Assembly (NCBI GenBank): GCA_025558095.1
Contig: JAIVFI010000006.1
Location: 682,001-746,000, forward strand
DNA: 64,000 nt
Direction of reading: 5' to 3'
Source of the DNA: Hyaloraphidium curvatum SAG 235-1
Taxonomy: Eukaryota > Fungi > Monoblepharomycota
How positions within the stretch are numbered: the stretch's first letter is position 1; every line of letters begins with the position of its first letter. Under the pieces are notes generated by a model. The model was not told the origin of the DNA and searched no databases. It saw only the letters and a list, made by a program, of their open reading frames with translations. Shown here piece by piece: positions 11,417 to 22,899 of this stretch. Both the position numbers and the translations under genes were made by a program.

Positions 11417-13246
11417 TCACACCACGCCGCCAAACAGCTCGGCTTCGGCCTTGGCCTCGTCCGCGACGAAATCGCCGCTGTTCCTCGCCGCCTCGACTTC
11501 ACGACGCTCCTTCTCCGCGTCCTCCTTGTCCAGGCCCCGGAACATGATGTACAGCAGCACTCCGACGATGCCAGCAACGATGGCCAGGGAGCCGTACATC
11601 CACGTGAGGTACGGGTCCTGAGAAACGGGCACGAGGGCGAAGCCGAGCGCCGAGCCGAATGCCGAGGTCAGCAGGAAGAGGGCCATGACAACCGACTTCA
11701 TGCTCGCCGGGGCGCGGGAATAGGCAAACTCGAGGCCGGTGATCGAGGCAAAGACCTCGCTGCACGCGATGAAAAAGTACGCCGGAATCTGCATCCAGAC
11801 CGACACCGAGTTGGGAGCTGCCGCGTCGTAGATGGTCTGCTGCACATAGGCGCTCCAGGCCATGGCAACGGCGGCAAAGAGGAAACCGAGCGAAATGCGT
11901 CCGACGGGGCGGAGAGCAATTCCGCAGCGGCGGAGGCCCGGGTAAACGACCTTGTCGAAGATCGGTATCGCGCAAATGACAAAGAGGGGATCGAGATTCA
12001 CAATGACGTCGTTGGGCACGCCACCAGTGTCCATGGTCGCGGCCTGGGAGACCAGGTTGTTCGTGATCTGGGAATAGACCACCCAATAGACGGGGAAGAA
12101 AACGAAGACCTTGCACGCGCTCAGGGCCCGGCCAACGTCGCGAACGAAAGTGGCGTTGATGTTGGTGCCCTCTGTGTGCAGCGCCGTCGCCTCGGCAGCT
12201 TCGCCAGTATGGCCTGCGGGCTTGCCAGCGGTCTTGGAGGCGACCGCCGCGGCACAGGCCTCAAAGTCCCCGCGGAACCGTCCGAACGACTCGCGGACCA
12301 CCCGCCAGGCATCGACGAGCACCGAAGAGCCGCGCTTTGGCTTGTCCGCCTTGATCGTGCCAGTGCGCCAGCCCGTAAAGAGCACGACGATCGTGACAAG
12401 GAACACCAAAGAGGGAATCAGGTACGCTAGCCAGAAGCCCACGTACTTCTCCGCGTAAGTCGCGGCGAAGATGCCGCAAAGCGAGCCGATGTTGATGGCG
12501 AGGTAAAAGTAGTTGTAGATCGATTGCGTGGTCATGGTCGGGTCGACAACCACATCGCCGCCGGCACGTTCCCGAACGAAAGGCACCTTGTGCGGATACT
12601 GGTCGGCGACGAATGGCGAGACGTTGCTCTTGATGGCGCCGGTTGCGAAGCCGACGACGATCATCGCGATGATGAGGCCGGCCAGGGCTCCTTGCGTCGA
12701 AGTGGCCAGGAGCGGAGGTACCGACGTGCCGACGAGGATCGCGAGGCCGGCCAGGTAGACGAAGCAAAAGTAGAAGATGGTCCGGAACTTGCCCAGCCCG
12801 ATTATGTCGGAAATGATGGCGCCGGCAATCGGACTGACATAGCACAGAAAAGTGAAGAAGAGGTTGAGCGCCGTGGCCGTCGACTGCCCGAGACCGAGAC
12901 CGCCGCGCTGGTCCGGGTTCGACGGGTCGGAAGGGTACGGAAACTCGCTGTAGTTTTGCAAAGGAGCGCTGATGCCATAAAAGGCGAATCTTTCGCTGAG
13001 TTCGGCGAGGACGACGAGCCAGGCAGAGAGGGGAAGCGAGTCGGCGACGTGCCGCAGGGTGGAGAGCTGTTCGTCCGTCGGCACCTTCCCGGGCAGCGGA
13101 GCAGCAAGGTCGGCAACGTCGGCAGAGAGCGAGGGCTCGACCGTCGCCCCGCGCTTGAGCGAAAGGGACATGCGCGTGCGCAGGGTGTCGGTTACGGTCT
13201 CCGGCGCCTCGGGCGCGTTCTTCGCGTTGGCGGTTGTTTCGGCCAT
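11417..13246 (-). CDS. PTR2: POT/PTR2 family peptide transporter (MFS), apparently intronless
   Basis: ELSERFAFYG motif, GAIKSNVSPFVADQY, FYLAINIGS, GLEFAYSRAPASMKS; ATG at 13246. Confidence 0.9.
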   Translation of the reverse strand: MAETTANAKNAPEAPETVTDTLRTRMSLSLKRGATVEPSLSADVADLAAPLPGKVPTDEQLSTLRHVADSLPLSAWLVVLAELSERFAFYGISAPLQNYSEFPYPSDPSNPDQRGGLGLGQSTATALNLFFTFLCYVSPIAGAIISDIIGLGKFRTIFYFCFVYLAGLAILVGTSVPPLLATSTQGALAGLIIAMIVVGFATGAIKSNVSPFVADQYPHKVPFVRERAGGDVVVDPTMTTQSIYNYFYLAINIGSLCGIFAATYAEKYVGFWLAYLIPSLVFLVTIVVLFTGWRTGTIKADKPKRGSSVLVDAWRVVRESFGRFRGDFEACAAAVASKTAGKPAGHTGEAAEATALHTEGTNINATFVRDVGRALSACKVFVFFPVYWVVYSQITNNLVSQAATMDTGGVPNDVIVNLDPLFVICAIPIFDKVVYPGLRRCGIALRPVGRISLGFLFAAVAMAWSAYVQQTIYDAAAPNSVSVWMQIPAYFFIACSEVFASITGLEFAYSRAPASMKSVVMALFLLTSAFGSALGFALVPVSQDPYLTWMYGSLAIVAGIVGVLLYIMFRGLDKEDAEKERREVEAARNSGDFVADEAKAEAELFGGVV

Positions 13247-13306
13247 ACTTTCGTTCGAAGTTGGGAGTTCCAGGAGTGGAATGAGGTCGTCATTGCTCGC
13301 CACGGC

Positions 13307-13312
13307 TTTATA
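13307..13312 (-). promoter_or_regulatory. Candidate TATA box of PTR2
   Basis: TATAAA on the minus strand ~60 nt upstream of the ATG, in an otherwise GC-rich context. Confidence 0.5.
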
Positions 13313-13332
13313 AGGGCCGCGTCGCGGGGATT

Positions 13333-13433
13333 CCAGAAGCTGGCCGTGCTCGGGGCGGAGTTTCTGGAAGCTGTACCTTCGTGGTGGCCAGAAGCTGGCC
13401 GTGCTCGGGGCGGAGTTTTCTGGAAGCTGTGCC
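13333..13433. repeat. Two-copy ~55-bp-period direct repeat upstream of PTR2
   Basis: ccagaagctggccgtgctcggggcggagttt(t)ctggaagctgt starts at 13333 and again at 13388. Confidence 0.9.
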
Positions 13434-13730
13434 GGCGTGGGTGGCGCAGCCAAATTGCAACACGCCCGCCTCATCCCCGAACGATCCCCAAGCAAATCCG
13501 AGGCTTCCTGCTGCAGCTTCGCGTGGCAACGATCGAAAGACGTTTGCTGAGCTACGAGGATGCGTGATGTTTCCATTGAAGTCGACGAAGAGCACCATCA
13601 GCATCGCCTCTGGACACAATTAATCGCCTCTGCGAAGTCTGACAATACAATCCAGTTCTATATCATCTCTGGCTCGGCCTACACGGTCTCACGAATCATT
13701 AGAAGGGCATCGTTCGCAATCCTGGCAGCG

Positions 13731-15309
13731 CTAATGGGCTGCCCGAACATTCCTTCCTCCCCGCCTTCGTTGACGGCCCCGATGCCCGTTGCCGGGCTCA
13801 CCGTCAGCATGTTCCGACTGCGGCCCAGCATTCGGCGTCGGAGCCTCGACGGCGGGGGCAGTGGTGAAGAAGGGATGCCGCAGCGCGGCCGCGGCTGAAA
13901 TCCGCTTCGAGGGATCGATTTCGAGCATGCTCTGGGAAAAAGAGGTGAAAAACGAGAACATGATCTCGCGGGAGCCCTACGCACCTCGAGCAAGTCGACG
14001 GAGATCATTTCCGCCCTGGTCCCCGAGGTAGCTTCGAAGACCGCGCGGCATGCCCTCCTTGATCGCAGAATCGTGGAACCCTGGGTTCGTCTCGTTTGCC
14101 CAATCGATGAATGCGGCGGACGGTGGGCCGCAGATGGCCATGATCATGCCGTAAATCTGGCGTACGGTGCCTAATGCGACGAAGCGAGTCACTTGCAGCC
14201 AGAAGTGCCGAATCGCTGCGACACGCACAATCGTTGATTGAAGGGGCGCCTAGAAGCGAGCGGGATCAAAAAGGGACACCAGATCACTCGAGAAAAGGTC
14301 GAAGACTGTAAGCCCAAATGTCCAGCTCGAATCCGTATTTCATCCAGCTGTCGATGGGAGCAACAAGTCCTTCAGGTCCGCGATACAAACAGCTGTGACG
14401 ACCTGGAAAGGCGCGTGATCAGCACCAAACCAAAGGTTTGGTGACGGCCAAGGCAGGCTTACATTCGCGGTCATGAAACCACCTTGCGCGCTCGAGATGG
14501 CTCTCGTGCAAGACCAAATCCGGTAATCGCCAGGCTCCCGTCGTCGTCTTCGAGCACGTTGCTGCGGAAAGAACGACGTCAGAACAGTGGCCACGATTTG
14601 CGTTCTCACAACCTCACTCGATCTTCAGATCCCTGTGCATGATCCCTTTCGCGTGCATCCGCGCAACGGCCTCCACGATCTGCCTTGCGTAATCCTGAAC
14701 GGTGAAGGCTGTCACTTGCGGGTAGCCCGTGCGGCGACAGAAAGCTCACCACCCGCTGCCGATACGAGGGGTTCTCGTTTCGAAGCTTCGTCCTCAGGTC
14801 GTGCACGTACTTCTTGAACAGCAAGACTACGTCGCGAGACTCGCTTGCAATGTAGTCGATCGAGGGGCAGGAAAAGATGGAGTAGATGTCGACCACCTCC
14901 CTCCACGAGAGCTCTGGAAAGCAGCAGAGATCCTCCTCTGCGAGCTCCGGAGGCAAGGTCCAATGCATCCCAACAGTCTTGCGGGGACAGACTATGAGTT
15001 GTGCAGTACGAGTACGAGCGACTAGCGACCTGCTGGATACATACCTTGACGCCCTTGAGCTTCATCAAGAGGAGACATTCGCGATAGACTCCAAGGTTGA
15101 AGAGCGAATCCGACTCCGCCGCAACGAACTTGGCGGCCAGCTGCCGCTCAGTCCAGAGGCAGAATGCTTCGTAAACCTCTGCGCCCACGTCCCAACTCGC
15201 GACCCTTCTTGAAGAGCAAATCAAAGACGTTCTTCGGGTGTATCTTGATGTGCGGTCCACGCCGGAACTCCGCGGGCAAGGCCGGTCGGCGGAGCGGAGA
15301 GCCAAACAT
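13731..15309 (-). pseudogene. Degenerate CMGC/CDK-like protein kinase
   Basis: ELGRG/AEVY (frameshift in the Gly loop), AAK, HRDLKIE, GFG in place of DFG, frameshifted VVT..YRGPE, TGA before KYGFELDIW, MLEIDPSKRISAAAALRHPFF. Confidence 0.75.
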
Positions 15310-17125
15310 CAAGAGCTCGAGGGCTCAGCCCTTATCTGACACTGCGAACGACCTTCCATCGGCTCCCGCCGCCGGCTATGATGCTGCAAATGAATCAGCC
15401 AGGCCGACCGCTGACTCGACGCTTCGGAAGCCTCTGATGTCCGTTGGGAACTGATCGCCCGAATCCATCCAGCCCCCGGTGCGACGAATCGCAAAGACCC
15501 GGAACGAAAACTCAAGTGAATGAATGCCTGTACTTCAAGTCAAATGTTGACAACGATCCTGGTTGACTCGTCGCCGCCAGGTCCATTCCGCGAAGCCTGC
15601 ACGACGCATCCGCCGATGGCACGTTACACAGTCCTACCAAAGCCATGTTGTTTCCACGAGCAGTCCGAAAGAGGGCGCATAGTCCATCCGCGTTTGGCGC
15701 GAGTCCGCTCGAGTTCAGGCCCGTGCATTCTCCCCTCTGGGCGCCGTGGGACCAGTTCGGGGCCGGCCTCGCGAGCACAGATCAGAAAAGCACAGATTCG
15801 CTGCTCAATGCACACTGCCAAAGCGCAGGCTGCAAGATTTGAGAGTTGAGCTGGCCTGGGACGCCGCGGGAAGGGACTGCGATGCTGGCGTACAACCTCC
15901 GTCGCCCGGTGCCACGTCCGCTAAAGCTGCTATCGCTGGCGCTCGAGCTCACATTAGAGCAGCTTTGGTCTCCCTTTGACGGAAACAGGCGGATGATCCG
16001 GGGCCTTTGGCAGATTCGTCACAGTTCAGCACCGCGGCGCTGTTGCTCGTCACGGACGCTGCCTCCGACGTTCAGCGAACGCCTGGTCTTATTTCAGCAG
16101 GATGACGGCGCCGACAGCAACTATACCATTAGAATGTTGCGATCAGTGGACTGCGGGGCGGATTCGTTGCGTCGTGCTCCAAGGTTCGACCTGCAGGTCC
16201 AACCGCGACTCGGTTGGGAGCTGCTCAACAGGGAGAACCCAGGACTGTGATCGGATGGCGAATCTGGATCGAACGATAAGACAAAAAAATGAAATCGATT
16301 CCGAGGATAGCTCCGAAGAAGGAAGGCAAGGCTACGGGGCCTTGCGGAGGTCGACGACTGAGCCGCTGGCACTTTCTCGTAGCCACCTGGGACGGCAAGC
16401 GAGTGCTTTGGCAATCACGTTCACGAACCTTGTGCAGTTCATCTTCCGCCCGTAACACGCGGGATGGCGGGATGTGGCGGGAACAGCAAACCGATCAGGG
16501 AAGCGACCCGAGGCGCTGAGCTGGCACATGGCTGGAGCCGGATGATCGTCCCACCGGCGGCGACACCGACGGCCAAAGCAGAATCGGATTCCGATGCTGC
16601 TACTCATGGTCTTTTGCGAGCGTGGCGGGAGATTGGAGATGGTGCTCGGGCAGAGGCGGCCGGGCGGGATTCGCCATCGTGCGCTCGCCACCCCAAACAC
16701 AAGTTCTCCGAAGCCGACAAACACTGCACCGCGACCGCCTCTCGCGCGGACGGCGTCATTTTTGCCGGCACGGACGGAGCCGTCGGAGCGCCGCCTGCGG
16801 CTGCGCGGGCCGCGGACAAGCCCGCCCACGGTGCGCGGCCGGCCAAAAGGACCCGCACGGACCCGAACGAGCGGGCCGACACGACCACGACGCTCATCAG
16901 CGAACTGAAACGCAGCATGCTCAGCACTCAGAAGCACCCGTAGAAGCCCAAGCGGTCGCGGAAGGTCCTAGGGAGGAACCTGCCTCCGCGGTCCCCTCCT
17001 TCGCTCCACCCGGTTTCCAGTTCGCCCCGTCACTGCCCGAGGGAATGCCCCAGTGGCCTGAACAAAGCAAAAGGGACATCATTCGGGTGCTACCAAGGCC
17101 CACCATTACTCTCCCGGACCAGCAG

Positions 17126-18500
17126 ATGACGAGGAGCATCGGAACGACTCGACGTGCGAGAATCCCGTCCAGCTTGGCTCCGCCTTCTTCACTGTCGGCT
17201 CGTTGCTCCCTACGACTCGCTTTACCCGTTCAGTCAGCTACCGAAGTGGCAATCGCGGCACCTCAAACCGAGCCAGCCTCACCGTCGAAGTGGAGAGCAT
17301 TTGTCGGATTGGTGAAGAGAGCCCTTCGCTTCTCCAACAAAACAGCTCCGCGTTCTCTCCCTGAGCTACCAAGGGACGTGCTTCTCATCATCATGGACGT
17401 CCTTGGAGCCCGCGGGTACCAGCGCACGCTGCTGAACCTGCTGTGCGCGCGTCGTGACCTTCGCGATCACGGGCTCAAGGCGCTCATACGCAACCTGGTG
17501 GTGCGGGACAAGATCGTGGACGCGCAGTCGGAAGTCTCGCTGGCATCGATGGTGCACGAGAGCTAGTTCCGAAGTCTCCTGCTTGGCGGAAAGCTACAGC
17601 TTGTGCAAAAGCTCGAGATCGAGATCCGGGACGGAAGCCAGGTGCTTTTGGGCATCTTGAGAGGCGCCGGACCTTCCCTGAAGGAGCTTGTCCTCCAATT
17701 CTGTGTCGATCCGTGTACACCTTTCGTCGTCGACGCAATTCGGGCTGCTACAGCGCTTCGGCGCGTATGCCTCAAGGTCGAGCATCATTCTACCGGCGTC
17801 GACGAGGTAGATTTCGGTTTCGGATGCTTCGACCACGACCTGCAAGCTCTTCTACCGCTCTTGCGCCATCTGGACGCCCTCGAAACTCTACAAGAGCTTG
17901 CGATCGACGAAACGTTGCTGGATTCGGCGTTCTTGCCGGCAGCGATCAGCGACCTTCCACGCGCTGCCTCTCTCTTGTACGAGCCATTACGGCACGCACT
18001 GTTTCGAGCGAATGGTACACCGGTGGCTTTCTCTCCGGAACTCCGCGCTTCCCGAATCTCGAGGACGTCCATCTCACGGAAGGAGATGTCGGTGGACTGC
18101 AGACCCTTTTGAGCAAACATGACCTTTTGCGCAACCTCTACCTCGACCATTTCAGCACGGGCTCGCTTGCGCTGTGCGAGTTCGAACGCCTCGAGAACGT
18201 GGTGCTGAGGCAGTGCTCGCTCAGCATCATCGACCATTCCATCGAGAATACGAGAAAGAAAATGGAGCAAAGCAGCGTCCGAGCTTAGATTTCGCCCGAT
18301 TGGACAGATTGGGATAACAAGAGGGCGCATTTGCCCGAAGAGGTGAAGATGTGGCACGATTTCGGCGTTCTCGACCTTGAGGCCATGCCTGATCGCCTGC
18401 GCGAATGGCTGGACGAAGGCGCGCAATTCTGAAGACTTTGCAAGGTTCGACAAGCAGCGGTCTGAAGAGACTCGGAGATTTGGACAGAGCTTGGACTGGA
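17126..18500 (+). pseudogene. F-box-like/LRR protein with in-frame stop and frameshift
   Basis: LPELPRDVLLIIMDVL..RTLLNLL motif; TAG at 17564-17566 in frame with ORF 17603; frame change near 17990; LRR-like FPNLEDVHL. Start and end approximate. Confidence 0.6.
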
Positions 18501-18602
18501 CTAGCTCGAGCAGCTAGGCGGGGCTGGATACAATTTGCTTTCGTGTATAATAACTAATCGATCATCATTTGTTCTCGTTTGTCTCCACAATCTTGAGCCG
18601 AA

Positions 18603-19722
18603 TCACAACCCCTTGTTGTAAAAGACGCTCTTGAGCCCCCGCGCCTCGGCCTCCAGCTTTATCGGCCCGTCCTCCAGCTCCTTGACGGCCAGTTCTCCGG
18701 TCTGCGGGAAAACGGCGACGGCAGCAGGCAGCCCCAGCCCGAAGCCGACCAGGGTGACGAAGGTGTTGGCGGTGATTGCGACTGCAGGAGACGCGGCCGC
18801 GGCGGCGGCAACGGGCGGCGCCATCATGAACACGGGGGGAACAAAGAACACGGGCAACTGGAGAAGAATCCGAGAGTAGACGGTCTCCATGACGGCCTTG
18901 CGCGCGGCCACGGACGAGCGGTGGCCGGCCGCAACGGGCTTTCCGTCGCCGTCAACAACCGCGATGCCGCTGCTGATTTCCGGCGACCGCATGATGTAGG
19001 CGTTTGCGGAGGAGGCGACCATCGACGAGGGCAGCGCGACAAAGGTGAGCATCCTCTTTGCCGTCGCCGGATCAAAGGATCGCTTGATCGCCGTCGAGAC
19101 GCTGAAGGCAACGAGCAGCGCACACGAGACGGCCGTGGCGTAGGACTGGGCGAGGACGCCATTGGATGTCTGCAGACAGCACTTTAGAAAGATTTAGTGA
19201 AGTGGCAAGGATGGAGCCCACCGGAGAGCTGGCGTTCCGATTGAAGTAGTTGACCAAGGCGTTCTGCGACTGATTCACCCAGTTCCAGAACAGCAACGCG
19301 GGTGTCGAGCTCGAAATCATCATGGCTACACAGACGGGGCCATTGTACGGAACATAGCCGGCCATGCGGAACGGCCGGGGAACAATCTCCCCAGTGTCGG
19401 GGTGCACCGCCGAATCGCGCAGCTTGCGCGCAGCCCACAGTTCCGAAACGGACGCTTTGGGTGCTGCACCGGCGTCAAAGTCCTTGAGCAGCTTCTGTGC
19501 GCCCCGCACCGCGTCGTTCGATGCCAGGAGCGTCGAAGGGTCCATCGTGGTGAGCATCGAGCCGAGCCTCCCGGCAAAGGTCCGCTGATCATAGCGCGAG
19601 GCCCGCGCAGAGTATTCCGAAGGCGGCGGCACGCGTGTTTCGGCGACGACGGCGGCACCGCTCACAACGGAGAGTCCGGCGACGAGGCCGAACGTGGCCC
19701 CGAGAAGAACGCGTGTACTCAT
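18603..19722 (-). CDS. Sideroflexin / mitochondrial tricarboxylate carrier family
   Basis: RYDQ.TF.GR, SAVHPDTGE..PRPFRM, FWNWVNQSQNALVNYFNRNA, AVFPQ, FYNKGL*; one intron near 19172-19220. Confidence 0.9.
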
Positions 19723-20069
19723 GTTTGACTTCGACAATATCTCGGCCGAATGGACGAAAGGATATAGTAGAGCAAGCTCCACGCGTTTCTACCGCGTCAA
19801 GGCTCTGAAGCGACCGTCCAGCCGGGGGATGGTGAGCGTCAGCGCTCAAGCCAACGACGATGAACAGAACGACGATGCATCAGATCTCTATCACAGGATG
19901 CATCACGCCCCACCGCGCGGCGCCTCCGGTCGTCACTCGAATGCTATCAGATCGCAAGAAGAGACGAAAAGAATCCGAGCAAAAATGTGCCTTTCATGCC
20001 GTGTGCAAATGCATTACAGGACGGACGAAGCTGCAAGCCCCGGCCGACCCGATCGACAAGAAGCCACCG

Positions 20070-20600
20070 TCAAAGAATCGTCACTCCTTCCATCCAGCTT
20101 TCAAAATGCGCCTCCCGTCTTCTCCAATAAGCATCCAAACGTACTCGGAGGGCAAGCTCTCCCCGAGCTTTGAGGCGTAGATCAAGTCAGTGCTCGTGCT
20201 TCTCCCCAGTCTCGCGTTCACCGATAACGGCTGCTTCGGAGACAATCATCGAGGTGCTTCGGAGGTCCTCCGGCCCCCAATGGGCATGAATCCAGTCCAC
20301 ATCGACGACGTTTTTGCCCGCGTTGCGCCCGACGATCCTTGCAGTGGTTTCCGCAAGCAGAGCGTTCATCGCGCTGCGGAGGCCGTTGTCGAGAGACGAG
20401 GGAAGCGAAGAAGCCCCAATTGCACTACCTAATCCATCAGAAACGAGGTTGGATTGGGATCGAGCGAGACGAAAGCCTGAAGCGGCTTCAGCGAGCGAGG
20501 CCGCCGTCGGCTCGGGCTGAGCGGGAGCGTGCTCGAAAGTGGATTTTTGCTCGGCGGAACGCCAAGGAGCGTCAGGATACGACGCTAACTGGGCCATCAT
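20070..20600 (-). CDS. Small coding segment, weakly chromo-shadow-like; separate gene or 3' exons of the chromodomain gene
   Basis: ORF 20187-20738 plus intron 20168-20221 gives ..ARIVGRNAGKNVVDVDW..SMIVSEAAVIARGELALRVRLDAYWRRREAHFESWMEGVTIL*. Confidence 0.4.
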
Positions 20601-20707
20601 ATCGAGGATGCGAGACAGAAGTGACAAAGGTGGTCGAAGGGGTGATGACGTGGCGACCCAAAGACAAATGATCAACTGTGACATATCAGATCGATGTGGA
20701 GATCTCA

Positions 20708-22771
20708 TTACATTTTGCGCTGGGCATCCTCGTCCCATCCGCTCAGGATCGCGCTGATCGGCAGTTTGCCTTGGTTTCCCTTCGGCCGCGTAGACTCATT
20801 AGTCCCAGATCTTTGCAAACAGCTGATGCTTGGCTCACCAGCACTCCCTGGCCTCCCGGTCCGCCCATCAGCTCCCCGTTGCTCTGCTCCGCGGCCGTCA
20901 CGACCTCCTCGATCACCTGCGTCGATGACTCCTTGACCGGTCCGACCGATGGTTTGGCCTGGTTGAGAAGGCTCGGCCTGCTGCCCCTCGAGACAGCCTT
21001 CCAAGCGCGCACCTGCTCAGGTTCGTCGGCGGGGGAGGGTGACGGGATCCTGGTCTCGGGGTCCGTCCCAGCCTCGGCCTCGGGTTCCTTCGAAAGCCGT
21101 TTGGAGCGACGCGACGAGGAGTCGTCGTCCTGGATCTCCTCCCGTCCTCGCTTCTTGGGAGTTGCCGCACGAGCTGCCCGGCCCTTCGCCTTTGGGGGCT
21201 CTTCCTTGGCAACCGACTTCTCGTACTTGGTCACCATCGCCTCGCAGCCCCTGCACGAACGTTGATCAATCAGCCGACACGCCCGCACATCACCCACTTC
21301 AAGTTCGATTCCGGCTCCCAGGTCGTGGTCTTGTAGCCGACCCACTTGACCCGGTAGTGAGGGACGGGTTTGCCATCAACCATCTTGTCTTTCTTGCCGG
21401 TGATTGCTTCGACCTGGTCAAGGCGAAGACTCTGATTAGCAACGAGTCACGAGGGCTCCTATTCTCGCTCGCTTACCTCGTACTCTTTCCCCGGGGATTC
21501 GTCGTCGTCGTCGTCCGACTCGTACCCGCCGGTCGATTCCGAGCTCGACTTCTCCCCTGCCGCCTCCTTCAGCTTGAGCTTCTCGGCCTGGTTCACGACC
21601 TTCGTCGCCGCCGCCTTGGCCTTGCTGTGCGCTCCTTGTCCACCCTTCTTGGACTTGGTCGATGCGGCAGCAGGTGCGGCCGCAGCCCGAGACGAAGACC
21701 GCGTGCGCTTTGCGGGCGGTTCCGAGGCGTCCGAAGATTCCGACGGGGCGTTCTCCTTGCGCTTCCGGAGGGCCCGCTTGCCCTTTCCGGACCCCGCGGC
21801 TTCGGCCTCGATCTCGACGTCCGTGCCCTTGTCGTTCTCTTTCCCCTCCGATCCAGCGTCCGCCGCCTTCTTCCTCGGAGCCGGAGCCCGCTGCTTCTTG
21901 GGCTGCTCCCTGGTCGGCGACCCGATCTGCGATGGAAACAGCTTTGCAGTCGGCGACGCAGGAGATCCCAACTTGGATGCGTCGGCGGGCAGCTTCCTCT
22001 CCGGGGTCTTCCGACCGTCCAGCTTCGCCCCGATCTTCTCGGCGTGCTTCATGATCGCGGCGTCCAGCTCCTCGTCGTGCACGGCGCCGTCGACCTTGGC
22101 GCCCGTCGGCGGCCCTGCCTTCGCGCTTCGCACGCCGAACTCGCTCTCCAGCATCTCGCCCAGGCCCTTGATCGGCACCAACCCCGCATCGATCTTCCCC
22201 TCCACCACCTTCTCGACCCTCTCCTTCTTGAGCGACCCCCAGATCGACCCGCGGCGGGCATCGTCGCCGGCCTGCTTCTGCTCCGGCGGCGCGAGCTGCT
22301 CGCCGTGCATGCGGGCAAAGTCCTTGGCGGCGAGGGCGCCGGAGAGCAGCGAGGCGCGGAGGGCGGCGTTGCGCGCATCGCGGAGGTTGAGCGCGTGCGA
22401 GCGGATCGAAGGCTTGTAGGCGGCGGGGAGGTTGGCGGTGCCAAAGGGGTTCTCGGCGGCGGCGATCGAGGGCGAGGTGGGCAGGTCGTCGGCGTAGAGG
22501 TACATCTCTGTGGGGGCATGCAATCAAAAAGTCATCACTTCGTCGCAAGGACAATCCATGCACCGCACCCACCGTTCTCGATCTCCTCCGCGAGCCTCCA
22601 CACCCGCTCGTCGACCGCGTCCGGCACGCCCGTGCCCGAGGGCGCGTCCGGCATATCGACGACCAGCGCGCGGTACAGCATGGCGATCGACAAGCTGCGG
22701 GAACCGTACGAGGTATGCGCGGGCTCGAGGTCGCGGGGGTTGACCTTTGGCTTCGGGGGCGGTGTCGTCAT
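20708..22771 (-). CDS. TFIIS central-domain + chromodomain fusion protein
   Basis: R..SIAMLYRAL..LAEEIE..YKPSIRSHALNLRDARNAALRASLLSG..FARM..EQLAP (TFIIS_M-like). Introns 21414-21476 and 21251-21297 assemble EYEVEAITGKK..HYRVKWVGYKTTTWEPESNLKGCEAMVTKYE (chromodomain). Both ends uncertain. Confidence 0.75.
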
Positions 22772-22899
22772 GAGCTGCTGGAAGACACGTCCGTTACTTG
22801 ACTTGGACTTCAAAGCACGACCGAAAATGAATACCTGGGACTGCACTTGCGTTCCGAGGTTGATGCCGTTCGTGTTGTCGACGTCCATCGGAGCCGCAG

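Noticed and set aside
14300-14640. Functional pseudokinase with a GFG motif
   Set aside because: Accompanying frameshifts and a stop point to decay rather than a conserved pseudokinase.
15500-17000. Possible transposon or effector remnant
   Set aside because: Only fragmentary ORFs, with no recognisable motif or terminal repeats.
17564-17566. Stop-codon readthrough or alternative genetic code at the in-frame TAG
   Set aside because: The same gene also has frameshifts, and TAG terminates intact genes elsewhere in the window (e.g. 7884, 31941, 34098).
20020-20170. Alternative frame GRRILKAGWK resembling a B3 DNA-binding domain
   Set aside because: The match is very short and the splice-consistent frame is a different one.
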